From NCBI GenBank assembly GCA_018056375.1, contig JAGPFQ010000001.1, positions 247,361 to 311,360 of the forward strand: DNA of 64,000 nucleotides, in the 5' to 3' direction. The position numbers and the translations under genes were made by a program. The notes below the pieces were generated by a model. It worked only from the letters and a program-made list of their open reading frames with translations, ran no database searches and was not told where the DNA came from. Below are positions 57,241 through 64,000 of this stretch, one piece after another; the first letter of the stretch is position 1; each line of letters starts with the position of its first letter. The DNA is from Candidatus Dojkabacteria bacterium. Its GTDB lineage: Bacteria > Patescibacteriota > Dojkabacteria > SC72.

Positions 57241-57307
57241 TCAATGTGTTGGTTGATTATATCATAGAAATAGTTAAAGAGAATTATTCGAATCCCTGGA
57301 AGTTTTT

Positions 57308-58675
57308 CTACATGAGATTATATAAATCTTTTAACTTCCATACATCTGGGCTCTTTGTATTAACTAAATCTAATATCTCCTTTCTAATTTCAGGTGGACA
57401 AGAATAACGAGGTACTGTCATTTCCTCAAAATCAATCGTTTCAACATATAGAGGACTGTTTGGATCATCATTTTCAGAAACTGTAAACTTTATTAAATCA
57501 ATAAAATCTTTATACTCTCCTTTGACAAGTCTTGTTAAGTAATAGGTATTTCCCCAACCATTATACGCTATACTTCTGTGTAGTATAAACATACCATCTT
57601 CATGGTTAATATATGTAGCAATCAAAGGGATGTATTCCTTCTCTTCTGCACGTCCTCTTGCAATAAACCTTTCAGCAAGATCTACTTCTTCTATCTGTTT
57701 GTTTATTCGCTCTTTGAAATCTTTAAAGTTACGTATTATGAGTTTCTGGAAACCTTCATTCCTAGCTACTTCTTTAATAATTTCATCTCTTTCTTCAATA
57801 GTTAATGAAGGTATTTTTAAATCTAAAGATTTCATATACTCTATGGTTTTACTGATAATTCCTCCTTCTACTCTTTTACTTGCTGTGTTGTAATCTTCCA
57901 AAGGAAAAGGTTCAAATACATATTCATCTTCTGGTGGAAGTGGAAGAAAATCTTGATCACTAGTTTCTACATCATAAGTAAGAGTGGGTTGTGCATTTTG
58001 AGTTAAGTAATCCACATCTAGAACTTCTTGTGTGTCTTCATCAAAAGAATCACCTGGTAAGCGATTTGCTCTAAGAAGACATCTATATGCAGCAATTAAA
58101 TGCTTTGAGATTTTAGGACCTCTAAAGAACTTACCTAGAAGAGACAACATCTCTCTAGAACCCCTATATCTAACAGGTTTCCTTTTAAATGGATTTCCCT
58201 TACTTTCATATGTATCTATTACAACCATCTCCCCGTCTTCTACAGTAAGATTAAATCTCGCCATCCCCACAGCCTTCATGCCATCTTCAACTCTAGTAAG
58301 GTATACAAGATCTCCAAACACCTCATCATTATCATCTTGATTTAAGGAACGATGAAGAACGATTGTACCAAACCATTTATCTTTTACAGCTGCAACTGGA
58401 ACAAATCTTTGATAAAACTCACCTTCTGGACAGAGATCTTTCTCAGCATCAACTACAGCCATTTGTTGATGCTGTATCACCTCTACAATCCCTTCTTCAT
58501 CCTTTACATTATCAAAACCGCCAAACTCTTCAATAGCTTTAATTACAGAAAGAGGTTCTGAGATGTTAAGTTGAGCAATAAAGGGATCTCTTTGTTCTTC
58601 TGGAGGTCCATCATATCCACCATCTCTTAGAAAATCATCAAAACTTGACTGTATTTCTGTCATGCATATAGACAA
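57308..58675 (-). CDS. Hypothetical acidic protein.
   Basis: ORF only. Confidence 0.3.
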   Translation of the reverse strand: MSICMTEIQSSFDDFLRDGGYDGPPEEQRDPFIAQLNISEPLSVIKAIEEFGGFDNVKDEEGIVEVIQHQQMAVVDAEKDLCPEGEFYQRFVPVAAVKDKWFGTIVLHRSLNQDDNDEVFGDLVYLTRVEDGMKAVGMARFNLTVEDGEMVVIDTYESKGNPFKRKPVRYRGSREMLSLLGKFFRGPKISKHLIAAYRCLLRANRLPGDSFDEDTQEVLDVDYLTQNAQPTLTYDVETSDQDFLPLPPEDEYVFEPFPLEDYNTASKRVEGGIISKTIEYMKSLDLKIPSLTIEERDEIIKEVARNEGFQKLIIRNFKDFKERINKQIEEVDLAERFIARGRAEEKEYIPLIATYINHEDGMFILHRSIAYNGWGNTYYLTRLVKGEYKDFIDLIKFTVSENDDPNSPLYVETIDFEEMTVPRYSCPPEIRKEILDLVNTKSPDVWKLKDLYNLM

Positions 58676-58686
58676 ATCAAATAATC

Positions 58687-58757
58687 TTGCCGGACCTAGA
58701 TTCGAACTAGGATTAACGGTTCCAGAGACCGTCGTCCTACCATTAGACGATCCGGCA
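58687..58757 (-). tRNA. tRNA-Gln(CUG).
   Basis: Acceptor is TGCCGGA/TCCGGCA (U1-A72 as in bacterial tRNA-Gln). Anticodon loop is CTCTGGA. T-loop is TTCGAAT. Confidence 0.8.
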
Positions 58758-58893
58758 GTATCAGTATTTATTATATCACAAAGATATGTTGTAATGAGAC
58801 AAAATTCAATTTGCGGTTAAAGCACAAAAAATGGTATAATTAAGAACTGAGAGAGAATCCCCCCTTTTATGGTAAAAGGCAATGGGACTCTCT

Positions 58894-60573
58894 CTATTTC
58901 ATAACCTCCTCAGCATACTTTTCCAATCTCTGAACCACTTTTTCTTTACCTAAAACATTCATAACCTGATAGAGATCAGGACTCTGTGTCTTCTTAGTAA
59001 TAGCTACTCTAAGAACCATAGCTATATCCCCTACTGTACCCTTGTACTTCTCTCTGTTAGCTTCATACTCCTTCCTATCTGAACAAAAACCTAATTCTTC
59101 ACCTAACCTCTTAACATTATCAAACCAAACAGTACTATTATCATCAGGATTGTATATATCAATATATTTTTTGACTATCTCATTCTGAACATCTTTCTCT
59201 ACCCTACCTGATATATCCTCATAGCTATCCTCATCAAAGAATCTATCAAAAAATATTCTTAACTGCTCCTTACTATCCTTAAACTTAACCATATCCTTTC
59301 TAATCTTCTGTCCACTTCTTTCAATATTAAAGATATTAATACAGTATTCCTTGTTCTCTTCTAAAAGCTTAGCTACTTCCTCATCGTATTCCCTTGCCCA
59401 ATTAAGAGATCTGTCATATACCTCTTCTGCAGAAAGAGTTGCAATGTAGTCTTTACAAATATCTTCAAGCTTAACAATATCAAACAATGCACCTGCCTTG
59501 TTAAACTTCTCTAACTTTAATTGGAATTCATTAGTATCTGCATCTGGATTCTGTATCCTCCAATCATAGAAGTTTGAATTGGCTAATGTAAGGAAATATT
59601 CAATAATGGCTTCATTAGGATATCCATTCTCTATGTAATATTGTACATCTGCTTCAGGATCTTTCCTCTTACTAAGCTTTCTCTTACTCTTCCCCTCATT
59701 ATCTAACTTCATTAAAGGTGCTGGATGTGCATACTCTATCTGTTTAAATCCTAACTTTTGGAAAAGTTCATAATGAATTGGAACAGATGCAAACCACTCC
59801 TCTGTTCTAATAACTAAGGTTATACCCATTAATGTATCATCAATTGGATGAGCAAAATGATAGGTAGGAAAACCATCAGATTTAAGTAAAACAATATCCA
59901 TATCATTCTCTCTAAGTGTAAATCTACCCTTTATCCTATCTGTCATCTCAAATGACTTATCAATATCACCTGTTGAAGACAACCTAATTACAAAAGGTTT
60001 GTTTGCTTTAATTTCTTTCTCAATATCCTCAACAGTTGCATTCCTCCATTTAGCCCAGTCACCGTAGTAGCCGGTTCTAACTCCTAATTCTTCTTGCTTT
60101 TCTCTAATCTCTGCTAATTCCTCATCTGTAATGAAACAAGGATATGCAGTACCTTTCTCTACCATATCTTTTGCAAAGACTTTGTAGATATCTAACCTCT
60201 GACTTTGGATATATGGTCCATATTCACCAACCTGCTCTGTTTCATTAATTGGACCTTCATCAAATTCAATACCAAAACCCTTAAGTCCATTAACAATCAA
60301 AGAAATACCACCTTCTACCTCCCTCTTCTTGTCTGTATCCTCTATTCTTAAAATTGCAATTCCATTACTCTGTCTTGCTAACTTTACTCCAACCATGCTG
60401 GTGTACACAGAGCCCGTATGCAAAAAACCCGTTGGGCTGGGAGCAAATCTTAGAACCATTGCTCCTTCTGGTAGATTTCTTTTAGGATATTTCTTAAAGA
60501 TATCATCAACTGTTTCCTTTACATTAGGAAAAAGTAAATTAGCTATCTGTATATTTTCATCTTTTGTTCGCAT
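58894..60573 (-). CDS. gltX: Glutamate-tRNA ligase, probably non-discriminating.
   Basis: RFAPSPTGFLHTG is the HIGH region. LRIEDTD. GTAYPCF. DGFPTYHF. KLSKR. Long C-terminal domain. Confidence 0.85.
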   Translation of the reverse strand: MRTKDENIQIANLLFPNVKETVDDIFKKYPKRNLPEGAMVLRFAPSPTGFLHTGSVYTSMVGVKLARQSNGIAILRIEDTDKKREVEGGISLIVNGLKGFGIEFDEGPINETEQVGEYGPYIQSQRLDIYKVFAKDMVEKGTAYPCFITDEELAEIREKQEELGVRTGYYGDWAKWRNATVEDIEKEIKANKPFVIRLSSTGDIDKSFEMTDRIKGRFTLRENDMDIVLLKSDGFPTYHFAHPIDDTLMGITLVIRTEEWFASVPIHYELFQKLGFKQIEYAHPAPLMKLDNEGKSKRKLSKRKDPEADVQYYIENGYPNEAIIEYFLTLANSNFYDWRIQNPDADTNEFQLKLEKFNKAGALFDIVKLEDICKDYIATLSAEEVYDRSLNWAREYDEEVAKLLEENKEYCINIFNIERSGQKIRKDMVKFKDSKEQLRIFFDRFFDEDSYEDISGRVEKDVQNEIVKKYIDIYNPDDNSTVWFDNVKRLGEELGFCSDRKEYEANREKYKGTVGDIAMVLRVAITKKTQSPDLYQVMNVLGKEKVVQRLEKYAEEVMK

Positions 60574-60589
60574 ATGATAATATTATACC

Positions 60590-61933
60590 ATGACATTAAC
60601 AGAAGCATCTTTTTGGACAAGAAGATTTGGCGTAATAGTGCTAGTCGTGATTTTTATCATGGGAATCACCCTCTCTATTCTTTTCTGGCCTAAAAAAGTA
60701 AAACCTCCAGAGGAGTATCTAATACCAAACTATGCTTGTACGAATACAAAAGAGGAATTTCTTGAAAAGGCAGTATTAGATATACCTTCATTGAAGATAG
60801 ATCCTGCATCTGAAGCCCTTTTTACTGTTAATACCGATACAGGTAAAGTAAATACATTACCATCCGTTATTAATGTCTACAAATATGATATACAGACTCA
60901 ATCTTCACAAGCTCTATTTGAGGCACAGAATATTGCTGCAAAACTAGGTTTTGAGAAGGAGAATGTAATAGGGGATGATAAAGATGTTTATATGTGGAGA
61001 GACCCTGTAAACAAAAGAAGACTTACTGTTTACAAGAGAAATATGAATTTTAAGTTAGAAACAGATGTTGAACAGATAAGGACTGCTTCTAATCTTTACG
61101 GTGGTTCACTACCTGATGAAATGACAGCTAAGACGAGGGCGAGAAATATTTTAAATTCTCTTGGTGTGCTTGATGATACTATGCAAAACACAACAGAAGA
61201 TAGTATTGGTATCACATTTATTAGAATCGATTCTGATGGAACATATCGAAAAGCAGCTTCCCTATCTCAAGCTGATTTAATAAGGGTAAACTTTAGAAGA
61301 GAAAAATCTATGATTACTATTGGTTCTAATCTCGTAGGAGCAGAGGAGATGGTTAAAGAAATGAGTAAAACTGTCGGAAACGAACCTGCAAAGACAACAA
61401 CAACCATTAATGATGAGAAAGTTGAGATATATACATTTGATACTTTAATTACTCTACCTAGAATACAAGATACAAATATCAGTGTGTATATCGGGCCTGA
61501 GAACACAGAGAGTAACTTACAATCTAACCTTAAGTCTTTGTATCAGATAGACTTTACATACTGGCCAATATACCCTGATAGTTGTGGTACATATCCATTG
61601 ATAACCACCCAAGCGGCTCTTGATAAGGTGATGGGTGGAGAGGGAAAACTTGTATATCTTTACGAAAGAGATGGTGATTTTGTTTCTGAATATATGCAAA
61701 AGAATGTTAAGAAATTTACTATCACAGAAAATGTAAGAATTGTGTATTATGAGACCCCAGAAGAACAAGAATACCTTATACCTGTATATCTTTTCTCTGG
61801 AGAAGCAGAGTTTGCCGATGGTATTATGGGCGAATTTGATATTTATTACCCTGCAATTGATTACGATAATATTCAAGATAAGAGGATATCTGCACCACCA
61901 CCAGAGATAGAAGAGAAGAGTACTTTTTTCTAA
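60590..61933 (+). CDS. Hypothetical membrane-anchored protein (N-terminal TM).
   Basis: ORF with one N-terminal hydrophobic helix. Confidence 0.3.
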   Translation: MTLTEASFWTRRFGVIVLVVIFIMGITLSILFWPKKVKPPEEYLIPNYACTNTKEEFLEKAVLDIPSLKIDPASEALFTVNTDTGKVNTLPSVINVYKYDIQTQSSQALFEAQNIAAKLGFEKENVIGDDKDVYMWRDPVNKRRLTVYKRNMNFKLETDVEQIRTASNLYGGSLPDEMTAKTRARNILNSLGVLDDTMQNTTEDSIGITFIRIDSDGTYRKAASLSQADLIRVNFRREKSMITIGSNLVGAEEMVKEMSKTVGNEPAKTTTTINDEKVEIYTFDTLITLPRIQDTNISVYIGPENTESNLQSNLKSLYQIDFTYWPIYPDSCGTYPLITTQAALDKVMGGEGKLVYLYERDGDFVSEYMQKNVKKFTITENVRIVYYETPEEQEYLIPVYLFSGEAEFADGIMGEFDIYYPAIDYDNIQDKRISAPPPEIEEKSTFF

Positions 61934-61943
61934 ATGAGTTTGG

Positions 61944-63320
61944 ATGTATAATTGCCAGAATATGAAAAGATTTTTAATAGGAGACTTAAAAAACAATATC
62001 GGTAAAGAAGTAAGAATCAGAGGAAGAGTTGACACTATTAGAGACCAAGGAAAAATAATTTTCCTCCTTGTTCGAGATAAAACAGGGGTTGTTCAAGCTG
62101 TTTGTTGGGTTGGTAATGGAGAAGAACTCTTTAGTAAGGTTAAAAGTTTAACCCATGAATCAATCGTTGATATTAAAGGTGTTGTAAATGAAGCTAAACA
62201 GGTAGCTGTGGGATATGAGGTTGAGATCAAAGACATCATAATTGATTCCCTTGCAGAAACACCACTACCCATCGTAATTGAAGGAGAACATTCTGATAAT
62301 CTTACTGCACTTGATCAAAGGCTTGACTACAGATGGATTGACCTTAGATCAAAGAAGAACCATTTAATGATGGAGGTTTCTACTGTTGCAATTGAAGCAA
62401 TGAGAGATTTTTGTATTAAGAATGGTTGTGAAGAGATATATCCTCCAAAAATGATTAGTGCTGCTAGCGAAGGTGGTGCTAATGTATTTGAAGTGAAATA
62501 TTTTGATAGAAAAGCATATTTAGCACAATCTCCACAGTTTCATAAACAGATGGCAATGGCTGCTGATATTGAGAGAGTTGTTAGTATTGGACCAGTATTT
62601 AGAGCAGAGAAATCATTTACCACAAGACATCTAACAGAATATACTAGCTTTGATGTTGAACTATCATACATTGATTCATACAAAGATGTTTGTCATTTTG
62701 AGCAAGAGATGATTAAGGCTGGATTAAAAGCTGTAAAAGAGAAGTTTGGAGATGAAATTAAAGAGGTTTTTGGTGTAGATGTTGTTGTACCTGAGGGGGA
62801 TTTTCCATACTGGACAGTAACAGAAGCAAAAGAGAAGCTCAAGAAAAAGGGTATCCCCAGTAAAGATGATGGTGACTTTTCACCAGAAGAAGAAAGAGCT
62901 ATTGGAGAGATTGCTTTAGAAGAGACAGGTTCTGAATTTGTATTTATGGTTGATTACCCACATAGACAGAGAGCTTTCTATCATATGAAGAATCCAGAGA
63001 ACCCAACCCTAGCTTTAGGTTTTGACCTTTTCTGGAAAGGACTTGAAATCACAACTGGTTCACAAAGAGAGCATAGATATGAAGAATTAAGAAAGAATGC
63101 AGAAGAGAGAGGTATACACTTAGAAGAACTTGAGGAATATTTTGATTACTTTAAATATGGTTGTCCTCCACATGGTGGATTTGGAATGGGAACAGAGAGA
63201 TTCTTAATGAAGCTATTAGATCTTCACTCTGTTTTAGAGTCTACATATCTACCTAATACACCAAATAGATTAGGAAAGTTAATAGCAAAGATTCCAAAAG
63301 AAGAGAAAAAGAAAAACTAG
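61944..63320 (+). CDS. aspS: Aspartate-tRNA ligase, archaeal/eukaryotic-type short form, likely non-discriminating.
   Basis: OB-fold N-terminus. Class II motifs FRAE...LAQSPQFHKQ and GGFGMGTERF. About 458 aa, lacking the bacterial GAD insertion. Confidence 0.85.
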   Translation: MYNCQNMKRFLIGDLKNNIGKEVRIRGRVDTIRDQGKIIFLLVRDKTGVVQAVCWVGNGEELFSKVKSLTHESIVDIKGVVNEAKQVAVGYEVEIKDIIIDSLAETPLPIVIEGEHSDNLTALDQRLDYRWIDLRSKKNHLMMEVSTVAIEAMRDFCIKNGCEEIYPPKMISAASEGGANVFEVKYFDRKAYLAQSPQFHKQMAMAADIERVVSIGPVFRAEKSFTTRHLTEYTSFDVELSYIDSYKDVCHFEQEMIKAGLKAVKEKFGDEIKEVFGVDVVVPEGDFPYWTVTEAKEKLKKKGIPSKDDGDFSPEEERAIGEIALEETGSEFVFMVDYPHRQRAFYHMKNPENPTLALGFDLFWKGLEITTGSQREHRYEELRKNAEERGIHLEELEEYFDYFKYGCPPHGGFGMGTERFLMKLLDLHSVLESTYLPNTPNRLGKLIAKIPKEEKKKN

Positions 63321-64000
63321 TTCTCCTCTGTAAACCTCCACTCCTTCACTTTAAACTGTATACTCTCAACATTATTCCAAACATTGATATCAGGATACCC
63401 TATTACATCAATTACCGTATCTTTCTCTAAAACATCAATATCATCTTCAACATTAAAAAGAACTAACTGAAGTAAATCTATACCATCACCTTTAACAAGA
63501 AGTTTTAAATGATTCTTCTCTGTACCCATAACTGTTTTAGTTACAATTACTAAATCTTGTAAACATATTATTGGTTTTGGATTTTTAAAGCCTAATGGTT
63601 CAAGTAATGAGAGTTGCTCAATAAGTCTTTTAGTAATATTACTCGTGTTAAGTACTAAATCTACTTCCGTTCTTACAATTAACTGTTCTTTTTTAATTTG
63701 TTTGTTTGCAAACTTAATGAATTCTTCCTTAAATTCATTAACTAAATCTTTTTTAGCAGTAAAACCAGCAGCTAATTCATGACCGCCATATCTTTCTAAA
63801 TATTTTGATAACTCTCCTAATGCTTCAGTTATATTAAAACCAGAAATACTTCTTGCAGACCCCTTTACACTATCTCTATTCTCAGTAGCTACAATAACAG
63901 GTCTATGATACTCTTCTTGTAGTTTTCCAGCCACAAGACCGATAATTCCATCATGCCATTCACTACCAAGAACAAAAATAGCGTTATTTTTAGAAACATC
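63317..64000 (-). CDS. recJ: RecJ-like ssDNA exonuclease, C-terminal part only. The ORF is open to the window end.
   Basis: The frame is open upstream of the GTG at 63934 to position 64000. It encodes SEWHDGIIGLVAGKL...YGGHELAAGF, which are DHHA1 region motifs. Confidence 0.65.
   Translation of the reverse strand, partial: DVSKNNAIFVLGSEWHDGIIGLVAGKLQEEYHRPVIVATENRDSVKGSARSISGFNITEALGELSKYLERYGGHELAAGFTAKKDLVNEFKEEFIKFANKQIKKEQLIVRTEVDLVLNTSNITKRLIEQLSLLEPLGFKNPKPIICLQDLVIVTKTVMGTEKNHLKLLVKGDGIDLLQLVLFNVEDDIDVLEKDTVIDVIGYPDINVWNNVESIQFKVKEWRFTEEN

Noticed and set aside
1-64000. CRISPR arrays or IS elements.
   Set aside because: No spaced direct-repeat arrays and no transposase-like ORFs or terminal inverted repeats were seen. 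The only tandem repeat is the coding SP repeat.

Overview
This is an AT-rich, gene-dense bacterial chromosome segment. It looks like a small-genome, uncultivated-type lineage (Patescibacteria/CPR-like). That is inference from gene content: an archaeal-type short AspRS, GatB with tRNA-Asn and tRNA-Gln, ribosomal and chaperone proteins with Lys-rich tails, and very large Cys-rich surface proteins. The core content is a cell-division and envelope cluster (rpmA, rplU, ftsW, ftsZ, ftsA, ftsQ-like; prfB, ftsE, ftsX, an EnvC-like M23 protein), parA/parB with lepB, several aminoacyl-tRNA genes (ileS, gltX, aspS, gatB) and nine dispersed tRNA genes. RF2 is a single uninterrupted ORF, so the standard code with UGA as stop is assumed. 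Accessory content includes a Sau3AI/MutH-type restriction enzyme paired with a C5-cytosine methyltransferase, flanked by a stand-alone FtsK-like ATPase and tRNA-Lys. There are two giant cysteine-rich secreted proteins; one has (Ser-Pro)n tandem repeats and duplicated Cys modules. A G9 homopolymer splits a membrane-anchored protein into two ORFs, which is a phase-variation candidate or an assembly error. A T-box riboswitch leader lies upstream of ileS. A tRNA-flanked block holds hypothetical genes including a ParB/Srx-like protein. No CRISPR array, transposase or integrase was recognised. All calls rest on motif and family recognition by eye. No database search was possible.
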